A stretch of DNA of 64,000 nt from Patescibacteria group bacterium (GTDB taxonomy: Bacteria; Patescibacteriota; Minisyncoccia; Moranbacterales; UBA1568). Below the pieces are notes generated by a model, which made no database searches, was not told the origin of the DNA, and was given only the letters and a program-made list of their open reading frames with translations. Each line of letters starts with the position of its first letter. Position 1 is the first letter of the stretch. Shown piece after piece: positions 35,397 through 43,938 of this stretch. The stretch is from positions 2,563-66,562 of the forward strand of contig JBBTWT010000003.1 of NCBI GenBank assembly GCA_038078615.1, read 5' to 3'. A program made the position numbers and the translations under genes.

Positions 35397-36650
35397 ATGC
35401 TAGAAAAAATACAGGGTATTGTGAAAGATCATAATATTGGATTGGATCAGTTGGCAATTCACATAGCCAAAGAGATCAGAAACGAAAAACAGATCTCTAC
35501 TGACGAAAAGCGGAAACTCTTCGGGTTGGTGCGTTCATGGAAAGAATACGCCAGCGACAACGCCATAGATCATAATGACCTTCTGCAAGTCAGGTATCAC
35601 CTTCTTCGTTTTTCCAAAAAATACTTCACGCCGTTGCATGAGCTTGCCGACGAAAAGAAACCGGAGATACTGTGCGCGGATATAAGGAATCTGTCGTTAC
35701 CAGACAATACGCCGCTCGTTGATCATCTCGAAAGCTCCATTGGGCGCGGAGTATGCGAGGATACGCATATCGCGATATACGGCGGTATCGCTCGGTTGGC
35801 TTTGAAGCTGCATGTCGCGAACCAAAATGATAATTTTAACGGCGCGCTCATAGAGTCCGAACTCCCGATAAATGACGTAGACATAGTGGCAGACGATATC
35901 GATGCCGCCCATAAATACAGATCGGGCATATCTGGAACGCGCGTTATCGATGATATCGAAGAATACAAAGATACTTACTTTTCTACCGTCGATTACACTA
36001 TGAATCAGGCACTGATCCATGGCAGAGAGCTGCTTTTTTCAGCACAGGCATATTCGGATGTCAAACAAGGCGTGCTGCATATTTCCGAAAAAAACGAGAC
36101 TCTATTCAATCCAGATTCGGTGAGGTTAAAAGATGGTAAGATATTTATCACGTCAAAGGGATTCTATCGTGCGTTATGCTATCTTTTGCGAGATAAAGCG
36201 AGAGTGATGGATATACACACCGATAACCTCATTGCGCTGAATAAGAATAACTACCAGTGGGCAGGCCCATTACTAAAATTGTTAAATATAAAAGAAAAAG
36301 AACGGAGGGATACCGCTATCAGCAGATGGCTGGCGCTCGCACAATCTCTCAGTGCAACACAGGCCAGCCACCCAGCAGAGTTTTTGCAAGAAATTATAGA
36401 ACACAACCCACATATAGTTAATTTTGATTTCGCGACAGAAAAAGATGATGAGGCGGAAATAAGATGGATAATAAACCAATTTCTCAATTCAGGACTGAGA
36501 ACCGTCTTTTCTCATAAGCAAAATTATCCCGACAGCATGAGTGATGATACGCAAAGAATTGATATCGCCACACTGCATTATCAAAAACACGATCTTCGAG
36601 AGTTTTTTACATTGATAAACAATACGTTTAAAAACGCCCCAACCATGTGA
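35397..36650 (+). CDS. divergent Pol-beta nucleotidyltransferase, poly(A) polymerase/CCA-adding (PolyA_pol) family-like, with ~140-aa N-terminal extension
   Basis: IYGGIARLAL...INDVDIV (compare GGxVRD...DxD), VDYTMNQALI (compare RDFTINA), SDVKQGVLHI, FNPDSVRL (compare EDPLRxLR). The gene is visibly AT-richer than its neighbours. Confidence 0.5.
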   Translation: MLEKIQGIVKDHNIGLDQLAIHIAKEIRNEKQISTDEKRKLFGLVRSWKEYASDNAIDHNDLLQVRYHLLRFSKKYFTPLHELADEKKPEILCADIRNLSLPDNTPLVDHLESSIGRGVCEDTHIAIYGGIARLALKLHVANQNDNFNGALIESELPINDVDIVADDIDAAHKYRSGISGTRVIDDIEEYKDTYFSTVDYTMNQALIHGRELLFSAQAYSDVKQGVLHISEKNETLFNPDSVRLKDGKIFITSKGFYRALCYLLRDKARVMDIHTDNLIALNKNNYQWAGPLLKLLNIKEKERRDTAISRWLALAQSLSATQASHPAEFLQEIIEHNPHIVNFDFATEKDDEAEIRWIINQFLNSGLRTVFSHKQNYPDSMSDDTQRIDIATLHYQKHDLREFFTLINNTFKNAPTM

Positions 36651-36663
36651 CTTCAATGTAATA

Positions 36664-37800
36664 TTGAAAATTCCTTTTATGTTACACAAGAACATCCTCC
36701 TGGCAACCAGACCGCTCGTACCGCCCTGGGATGAAGCCTCCAAAAACTTCGCTTATTTTTTGGGCAAAGAGATCAGAGATAATGAGCTGACACTTCTGAC
36801 GACGAAAGAATCGCTCACGGGACTGCCGGCAAGCGTCCGCCAAGAATCTATCTTTTCGAGCGGTCATTTTTCGCTCAAAGCGAAATACGAGCTTCTGCGG
36901 TACCTCCGCAAAGCGCGCGGACAATTCGATGTGACCCACTATCTCTTCACGCCGACGAAACAAAATACCGGCCTGATCCGCTGGCTTGCAAGACCGACAC
37001 ATGGAAAAACCGTCCAGACCGTCGCCACGCTCCGCGATGACCTCTACTCGCCTGAAGAGTTGAGACAGCTCCTCTTTGCCGACCGGATCGTCACCTACAC
37101 CGACCGCTCCAAACAGACATTGGAACACTTGGGATTTCGCAATGTTACCCGAATTTATCCCGGCGTCGACCTCGAACGCTACCAGCCGCAGCCGAAAAAT
37201 CAGGAAATCCTGACACGCCTCGGATTCGCAGCAGAACACTTCATCGTCGTCTATCCCGGAGAATACGTGCGTCTCGGGGCGACTGATATGCTGACGGAGG
37301 CATTCGTGGATTTCTTCAAGAAACACCCCGGTACCGATATCCGCTTCGTCTTCGCCTGCCGCGTGAAGAACGACGCTGATGCGAAGAAAAAAGAAGAGGT
37401 CCGCAAACGTTTCGCCGATGCCGATCTTCTCGGATACGTCGCCTTCTCGGACACCATTTCCGATATGCCGGCGCTCTACAACTCATCTGATCTCGTCGTT
37501 TTTCCGGTCGAGAATCTTAGGGGGAAATTCGATGTGCCCCTCGTCATCATCGAAGCCTACGCATGCGGAAAGCCCGTCATCCTCTCTGATTTACCGCAGT
37601 TCGCAGAGTTTTCAAATTCCAACATTTGTGTTACCATCCCCAGAGGTTCAAGTGAAAAATTAATCGAATCAGTGGCTCATCTGAAGCAAAATGTATCAGA
37701 ACGGCATCATCTCGGCGGAAACGCCCGCCACTTCGTCGAAAACCATTTCGATCTCAAAAACACCGCAAAGCAGTACGAGGAAATATATGCCTCGCTCTAA
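36664..37800 (+). CDS. glycosyltransferase family 4
   Basis: GT-B C-terminal region NLRGKFDVPLVIIEAYACGKPVILSDLPQFAEF. Start is TTG at 36664 or ATG at 36679. Confidence 0.75.
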   Translation: MKIPFMLHKNILLATRPLVPPWDEASKNFAYFLGKEIRDNELTLLTTKESLTGLPASVRQESIFSSGHFSLKAKYELLRYLRKARGQFDVTHYLFTPTKQNTGLIRWLARPTHGKTVQTVATLRDDLYSPEELRQLLFADRIVTYTDRSKQTLEHLGFRNVTRIYPGVDLERYQPQPKNQEILTRLGFAAEHFIVVYPGEYVRLGATDMLTEAFVDFFKKHPGTDIRFVFACRVKNDADAKKKEEVRKRFADADLLGYVAFSDTISDMPALYNSSDLVVFPVENLRGKFDVPLVIIEAYACGKPVILSDLPQFAEFSNSNICVTIPRGSSEKLIESVAHLKQNVSERHHLGGNARHFVENHFDLKNTAKQYEEIYASL

Positions 37801-38008
37801 AATTCCAAATATCCTGTAGGTTTTCTGAAACTTTCCTTTTTTCTTCCTCTGGTCTCTGGCGGTAACATTTTTGACGAGTGAGTCGGTAACGGTCGAGCGT
37901 GACGGATGGTCTCGACAGGACAGCTCCCTGTTCGACAGAACGAGTCAGAAATGTTCGACGGAGACCATGGAATGAAAAAAGGAACTTCAGAAAACTCAAC
38001 GAAAAACT

Positions 38009-39511
38009 ATGTCCGACAATATAACCAGACTTTCCTCGCACAAAAGCGAATGGAAGACCGACAAAATGAACGTGCCGGTCGTTTTTCATATCCAAGAAAC
38101 GCTGATGCCGGTACAGGCGACAATGGATCAGCTGGAGAGCGTCGCTTCCAGTGATGCTGTGTTCCATCATATCGCCGCTATGGCCGACGTGCATTCGAAA
38201 CCCGGACGCAAGAACGCCACCGGCACCACCGTCACCTCGGAAAAATACATCCTTCCACAGGTGAACGACTCCGATCCGGCCTGCGGTATGCGGCTCGTGA
38301 AAACCGATCTCGACGATACCAATACTACGCCGGAGGACATCGAGAAACTTTTCCAGGCGCTCATCCCGCGCATCCCGACCAAAGCCTATGTCGGCACCTA
38401 TCTCCCCTTCCGCGTCATCGTCGATATCTGCCGCAAAGGCATCCAGCCGCTCATCGACCATCTCGGCATCAAGACCAAAAACGAGACGACAAACTGCCTC
38501 GAGCGCGGGAACTTCTTCGATACCGAACAATCCCGCACAGATATCTTCAATGTCATACCGAAACTTTTTCTCTTCTTCGCACAGTTCCGATCCGGCATCC
38601 TCGGCGCGGCCGGCAATCATTTCCTCGACCTGATGAAGGTGACCGATATCATCGACGAAGAAACCGCCACAAAATTCGGCCTCCGCAAAGGACAGTATCT
38701 CTTCATGGTGCACTGCGGCTCCGGCATCCTCGGCCAGTACACGATGTATATGTACACCGCCAAAAAACGCGAGCATCTCTCGCAGGCCATCATGGTCACT
38801 CTGGGACGATTGTTCTTCTTCACGCCGTTCAAAAAAACTATCAATGCCATCGCGGCCAAGATCCGCGCCTATGATTTCGGCCGCAAGGAAGAACTCTTCA
38901 CGTATGATGGCGATGGCGAGGACGGCAAACTCTATATGGCGGCGCGCAATGCCTGTTCGAACTTCGCCCATGCCAACCGTGCCGTCATTACCCACAATGT
39001 CGGCGAGACAATCAAGAAAGTCCTCGGCCGCGACCCAGAGATGGAACTCCTCTACGATATGCCTCACATCCTCGTTTCGAAAGAGCGACACTACGATAAG
39101 GATATCTGGGTGCACCGAAACGGCACTAGCCGAGCTTACGGGCCATCGCGGATGGCCGATCATCCGATTTTTCGCGAAACCGGCGAACCGGCATTCATCC
39201 CGTCTTCGATGAGCACCGAGGCCTATCTCTGCGTCGGAACCGATGGCAATGAATCGAGTTTCTATTCCTGCAATCATGGCGCCGGCAAATCTACCGGGGA
39301 TACCGATACGGTTGTTCCGCACAATAAAGCTGAACTCGACAAAAAACTCAAAGCAAAGGGCGTCACGCTCTACAATGGCCGCTCATCCAAGGTGATCGAG
39401 CAGGATTCTTCGCACTACAAACGCATCGAAGATGTCATCGAAAGCGTCACCGAAAACAATATCGTCAAACCAGTCGCTACAATGCAACCGATCTCGGTGA
39501 TCATGTATTAA
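38009..39511 (+). CDS. rtcB: RtcB family RNA 3'-phosphate ligase
   Basis: MADVHSKPG, NDSDPACGM, AAGNHFLDL, HCGSGILG, HANRAV, HRNGTSRA, CNHGAGKS match the conserved RtcB metal/GMP-binding blocks. Confidence 0.85.
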   Translation: MSDNITRLSSHKSEWKTDKMNVPVVFHIQETLMPVQATMDQLESVASSDAVFHHIAAMADVHSKPGRKNATGTTVTSEKYILPQVNDSDPACGMRLVKTDLDDTNTTPEDIEKLFQALIPRIPTKAYVGTYLPFRVIVDICRKGIQPLIDHLGIKTKNETTNCLERGNFFDTEQSRTDIFNVIPKLFLFFAQFRSGILGAAGNHFLDLMKVTDIIDEETATKFGLRKGQYLFMVHCGSGILGQYTMYMYTAKKREHLSQAIMVTLGRLFFFTPFKKTINAIAAKIRAYDFGRKEELFTYDGDGEDGKLYMAARNACSNFAHANRAVITHNVGETIKKVLGRDPEMELLYDMPHILVSKERHYDKDIWVHRNGTSRAYGPSRMADHPIFRETGEPAFIPSSMSTEAYLCVGTDGNESSFYSCNHGAGKSTGDTDTVVPHNKAELDKKLKAKGVTLYNGRSSKVIEQDSSHYKRIEDVIESVTENNIVKPVATMQPISVIMY

Positions 39512-39687
39512 GTATTGTATTCTCTTCTGCCTGCACATTACTATCGCTGATAGTCACTACTTCACATTGACCTATTGGAATATCATATTCTCTGGTTTTT
39601 TGGTTGAACCTGTTCCCACAAACAGTCATTACAGCCCCAGTTATGGCTTTCCTGCCTCAAAAACATTCTCCACCTCGACAATCTCCC

Positions 39688-39707
39688 AAAAATGGAGCTC
39701 CATTTTT
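39688..39707. repeat. 20-nt perfect palindrome AAAAATGGAGCTCCATTTTT just downstream of the 39717 gene
   Basis: Direct reading. AT-rich, so only marginally significant on its own. Confidence 0.4.
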
Positions 39708-39716
39708 TGAAAATTA

Positions 39717-40031
39717 TCAAATACCACCAAATTTTTTTCCTTTTTTTGCTTCCCATTCAGCATCAGCAGCCACTATTTCTTCCTGCGTTATGCCTAAATC
39801 TAAACATTTTTGCCTAAGTGTCAGAACACGTTCCCTTACGCTCCTTTGTAATTCTTCTTTCGCCTCCCCAATTTTTTCTCGAGGTATGTCAGCTGATATT
39901 CGAACATTTCTGACTCCTCCGAGCACTTTTTCTTCAAACTGAAGAGCAAGATCTTCATCTCCAGCTATCATTAGCTGTTCTAACGCCGTCCGTTTTAACT
40001 CCTCCTGTGAAGGCCATTCGAATCGATTCAT
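39717..40031 (-). CDS. hypothetical protein (104 aa, helical, acidic)
   Basis: ATG at 40031 (MNRFEWPSQEELKRTALEQL...). Lies in an AT-rich islet. No family recognised. Confidence 0.4.
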   Translation of the reverse strand: MNRFEWPSQEELKRTALEQLMIAGDEDLALQFEEKVLGGVRNVRISADIPREKIGEAKEELQRSVRERVLTLRQKCLDLGITQEEIVAADAEWEAKKGKKFGGI

Positions 40032-40156
40032 AAATTTTTTTATTAAGTTATTATCATAACGTAATAGCCTATTTATACACGAATTAATTGTAAAAGTACC
40101 TATAATATCCCAACACAATAGCATTATACCCAAAAAACGCTTTAAATGCTAGTATT

Positions 40157-40783
40157 ATGAGTATGAAATTCATCACTTTTTCCGGAGTCGACGGGTCGGG
40201 AAAGTCAACTCAACTCGCGCTCTTGCGGGAAAAACTGGAACGCGAGAACTGGAACGTCGCGTATTTTCACGCGATCGATTTCTCGCTGGTAAACCAGCTC
40301 GCAAGAACCAAGAACCAAAATCCAATCACCAAAAATACTCAGGATCAGGATACTGGAAAATCGAAAACATCGGCATCATGGTGTACTATCTTCCTACGGA
40401 AAATGTTCCTCCTCATCGATCTGATACGGTTTCGTTTTTATTTGAAACGGCTGAAACGCGAGAATTGCGACTATCTCCTCTCCGATCGCTATTTCTACGA
40501 CTCCATCGTCAACATCGAGTACCTCCAATCCGCCGATTTCGCTTTCATCACTCATCACTCATCACTCATCACTCATCCGGACACGGCCCTGTATCTCGAT
40601 ATTTCCCCGGACACTATCATGTCGCGCGAGCGCGCCCCGGAACAAGGCATCGAGTACCTCCGTGCCAAACAGGGACTCTTTCAACAGAAAATCAAAGACT
40701 GGAATATGATCGTCATCGACGCACACGGAAAAAAAGAAGATATTTTCAATTCCATCCTGAAAGCTATAAGCCAAAAGCTGTAA
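40157..40783 (+). CDS. thymidylate kinase-like P-loop kinase with two in-frame repeat tracts
   Basis: P-loop FSGVDGSGKST, SDRYFYDS, PDTALYLDISPDTIMSR are colinear with the dTMP kinase family. The NMP-binding REPGG block is not recognisable. Confidence 0.6.
   Translation: MSMKFITFSGVDGSGKSTQLALLREKLERENWNVAYFHAIDFSLVNQLARTKNQNPITKNTQDQDTGKSKTSASWCTIFLRKMFLLIDLIRFRFYLKRLKRENCDYLLSDRYFYDSIVNIEYLQSADFAFITHHSSLITHPDTALYLDISPDTIMSRERAPEQGIEYLRAKQGLFQQKIKDWNMIVIDAHGKKEDIFNSILKAISQKL
40304..40366. repeat. heptamer-phased tract AGAACCA AGAACCA AAATCCA ATCACCA AAAATAC TCAGGAT CAGGATA ... inside the Tmk-like CDS
   Basis: Direct reading. Encodes TKNQNPITKNTQDQDTGKSK and contains the CCAATCACC motif. 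Confidence 0.8.
40545..40577. repeat. heptanucleotide tandem repeat (TCATCAC) x4.7 inside the Tmk-like CDS
   Basis: Direct reading. Encodes ITHHSSL-ITH. Confidence 0.95.
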
Positions 40784-40796
40784 GCTGTTTTTATTT

Positions 40797-42275
40797 ATGA
40801 AAAACTTCTCTTCCGCGCTCGTGTGGCTTACGGTCTCCGAGATCATCTACAATATTTCCGGCTATGTCATCCATTCGGCTGCCGGACGCATCTTAGGACC
40901 CGAAGAATACGGCCGGTTCGGACTCACCGTGACCTTGACCACGATGATCATCATTCTCATCGGCAACGGCATCCCGACCGCCATGTCGAAGTATCTGAGC
41001 GAGGTGTTCGAGAGCGCCCCGGAAAAGATATACGGCATCAAGCGTTCCGCTGCGAAACTCCAACTCATCCTGATGAGCTCTGTGACGATAGCATTTTTCC
41101 TCCTGGCACCGGTATTTGCCGCACTCCTCCGCGATCCGAGCCTGACCCCCTTGTTCCGGCTTTCTTCGCTCATCATCCCCGCGTTCGCAGCGGCATCGTT
41201 TTATTTCTATTATTTCACCGGCCTGCACTTTTTCCGGATGCAAGCGATACTGAAAACGTTCCGCGCATTCGCGCGCGTCGGTTTCATCGTGATACTCGCA
41301 TACCTCTTCAGCACAGAAGGCGCTATCAGCGGCTACATCCTCGCGCCGCTTCTGATATTCGTCATCGGCTTCGTCTGCGACGGCATCCTCACTAGAAAGT
41401 ATTTCCCTGCCGCGCATGAGAACAAGGCTGATTCCGCATTCTCGATGAGAACCATCCTCCAGTACGCCGGGCCGCTCACCCTGTTCCTTCTGTTCTATGA
41501 ATTCATCCTCACTCTCGACCTCTACTTCGTGAAAAGCCTCCTCCAAAGCGACTACCTCACCGGCATCTACAACGCCGCTATCACCGTCGGCCGCATTCCC
41601 TACTATCTTTTCTACGCGCTCGCCATCATCCTGCTCCCGGCCATTTCCAAATCAACATCGGAAAACGATTCTCTCGCGACAAAAAACCTCGTCGAGAAAT
41701 CCCTGCGCCTCCTGATATTCCTTCTCTTCCCGATGGTCACGCTGCTCATCGCCTATGCGCCGCAAATCCTCCATATCTTCTACGGTGCCAGGTACGCGGC
41801 CGCGGCTCTGCCGATGCAGGTCTTCGCCATCGGAGTCGGCTTCCTCACGGTTTTTTATGTCTTGAGTTTCACCCTCAATGGCGCCAACCTCGTCAAAATC
41901 CCACTGAAACTCGCGTTTTTCGGATTTCTCGGTATGATCGCGCTCAACTTCATCCTCATACCTCGGTGGGAACTGGTGGGCGCCGCCCTCGCGACAACCA
42001 TCGTCTCTTGTATTCTGATGATACGTATCCTCATCTACGTGAAGATGCATTTTCACACCCACATCTCGCTCAAGACACTCATCTTCGCTTCTCTCGGCGC
42101 CGTGATCATAGGGATAGCCGCGCGCTATTTGCCTCACGGGACATATGACTTCATGCTTTTCGGAACTATCCTCTTCTTCGCCTATTTCGGACTTCTCAAG
42201 CTTTTCGGCGAGCTGACTGAAGAAGATTTAAAACCGTTCAAAAAGATTTTTCGGAAACAAACCTCGACTGATTGA
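40797..42275 (+). CDS. Wzx-type oligosaccharide flippase (MOP superfamily)
   Basis: About 14 TM helices. N-terminal GYVIHSAAGRILGPEEYGRFGL is typical of polysaccharide biosynthesis (Wzx/PST) proteins. Confidence 0.75.
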   Translation: MKNFSSALVWLTVSEIIYNISGYVIHSAAGRILGPEEYGRFGLTVTLTTMIIILIGNGIPTAMSKYLSEVFESAPEKIYGIKRSAAKLQLILMSSVTIAFFLLAPVFAALLRDPSLTPLFRLSSLIIPAFAAASFYFYYFTGLHFFRMQAILKTFRAFARVGFIVILAYLFSTEGAISGYILAPLLIFVIGFVCDGILTRKYFPAAHENKADSAFSMRTILQYAGPLTLFLLFYEFILTLDLYFVKSLLQSDYLTGIYNAAITVGRIPYYLFYALAIILLPAISKSTSENDSLATKNLVEKSLRLLIFLLFPMVTLLIAYAPQILHIFYGARYAAAALPMQVFAIGVGFLTVFYVLSFTLNGANLVKIPLKLAFFGFLGMIALNFILIPRWELVGAALATTIVSCILMIRILIYVKMHFHTHISLKTLIFASLGAVIIGIAARYLPHGTYDFMLFGTILFFAYFGLLKLFGELTEEDLKPFKKIFRKQTSTD

Positions 42276-42362
42276 CATTTCTTCGGGAATCCTCTAGATT
42301 GACCCCATCAAGCCTGATAGGTTTGTTTGTTGTATCCACCTCAACGTATAGGAGATTCATCA

Positions 42363-43845
42363 ATGAGTACGTTTACATCCAAAGTATTTCCAACTAAGGT
42401 CATCCAGTTGGCTGGTACCAAAGAAACCATCGTTTGTGGCGGTCGCGATCAATTTCCTCTCCTGGTCAAGGGATTCCATGGAAAGAACAATATAGGTGTC
42501 ATCGGCTGGGGCTCGCAAGGTCCCGCCCAAGCCATGAACCTACGTGACTCGCTTCGCGGCACCAACATCAGGGTGAGAGTCGGCTTGCAAGCAAGACGGT
42601 AGCCCTTCGCGGGACAAGGCAAGGGCAGCCGGTTTCAACACGGAAAATGGTACGCTGGGTGAGATGTACAGCGTCATCAGTCAATCAGACATCGTCCTGT
42701 TGCTCATTTCCGATGCCGCCCAGGCCGAAAACTGCCAAGCTATTTTCTCTGCCATGAAAAGCGGCAGCGTACTCGGGCTCTCACATGGTTTTCTCATAGG
42801 TCACCTGAAAAACATCGGCGTAGCCTTGCCTAGCCACATCAATGTGATCGGGGTATGTCCAAAAGGTATGGGGGTGTCAGTCCGACGGCTCTATGAACAG
42901 GGCACGGAAATAAACGGCGCCGGCATCAATTGCAGCTTCGCGGTAGAGCAAGATATCGAAGGTGCCGGAAAAATGACTGACATCGCTCTCGCATGGGCCA
43001 TCGCTATTGGTGCCCCCTACGTTTTTCAGACGACGCTCAAGGATGAATACATCAGCGATCTTTTCGGGGAGCGCGGCATCCTTCTCGGTGGCCTCCATGG
43101 CATCGTCGAAGCACTGTATCGCCGTTTTTCTGAAAAAGACCCCTTCCACAGCTGTAGCCTTGCATTTCACCAGTCGGTGGAAAATATCACCGGTGTAATC
43201 AGCCACCATATTTCGCAAGCCGGACTCATCGACCTCTACGATAAGCTGGATGAGCAAGGTAAGAGAGTGTTCGAGAGGATATACGCCAGCGCCTATGGGC
43301 CAGCGTACGTTCTCCTCGAGGAGATCTATGACGAGGTCAGTAGCGGAAACGAAATCCGCAGTGTCATCATGGCCGGTCAAAGATTGAAGCAATACCCCAT
43401 GAGCGAAATTGGCAACACAGCCATGTGGCGAATCGGTGAGAGGGTACGAGCCGATAGATCATCTGTGGTACCCGTTGTCAACAAGTTCACTGCCGGCTTG
43501 TACTGTGCTGTCATGATGGCGCAGGTCGACGTGTTAATAAAAAACGGCCATTGCATGAGCGAGGTGTGCAATGAATCCATCATCGAGGCGACGGATTCGC
43601 TCAACCCATACATGCATGCCAGGGGCATCGCGTATCTGGTGGACAACTGCTCCACCACGGCACGACTTGGGGCACGCAAATGGGCACCGCGTTTCGAAGC
43701 GATGATAAACCAGGAAGTTTTTGTCGCGTACGACAGTCATGTAGACCGAAAGCCTATCGAGGCTTTCCACAGTCATCCGGTACATGAAGCGCTCGCCGTA
43801 TGCGCAGAGCTTCGTCCGCCGGTAAACATCTCGGTCGGTGTGTAA
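42363..43845 (+). pseudogene. ilvC: ketol-acid reductoisomerase, long plant-type class II form, interrupted by a +4 frameshift
   Basis: The N-terminal part (GWGSQGPAQAMNLRDSL...VRVGLQ) stops at 42600-42602. The +1 frame continues QDGSPSRDKARAAGFNTENGTLGEMYSVISQSDIVLLLISDAAQ...LGLSHGFL...CPKGMGVSVRRLY...NCSTTARLGARKWAPRF...VHEALAVCAELRPPV. The break coincides with the tandem CAAGCAAG at 42588-42595. Confidence 0.8.
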
Positions 43846-43871
43846 ACCAAATATTCCGCACATGCGGAAAA

Positions 43872-43930
43872 GGGCAGGTAAAAGGAAGTAACATCTCCTT
43901 CTCCTGCCCGATTTTTTTTATAAATATACT
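43872..43930 (+). terminator. rho-independent terminator after ilvC
   Basis: GGGCAGG ... CCTGCCC stem followed by GATTTTTTTTA. Confidence 0.65.
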
Positions 43931-43938
43931 GCTACCGC

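Noticed and set aside
39512-39716. Two tiny minus-strand ORFs (19 aa MELHFWEIVEVENVFEAGKP and 42 aa MTVCGNRFNQKTREYDIPIGQCEVVTISDSNVQAEENTILNT) downstream of the 104-aa orphan. A toxin-antitoxin arrangement was considered.
   Set aside because: No ribosome-binding sites or family motifs. The region is AT-rich, where short ORFs arise easily. The 20-nt palindrome there is only marginally significant.
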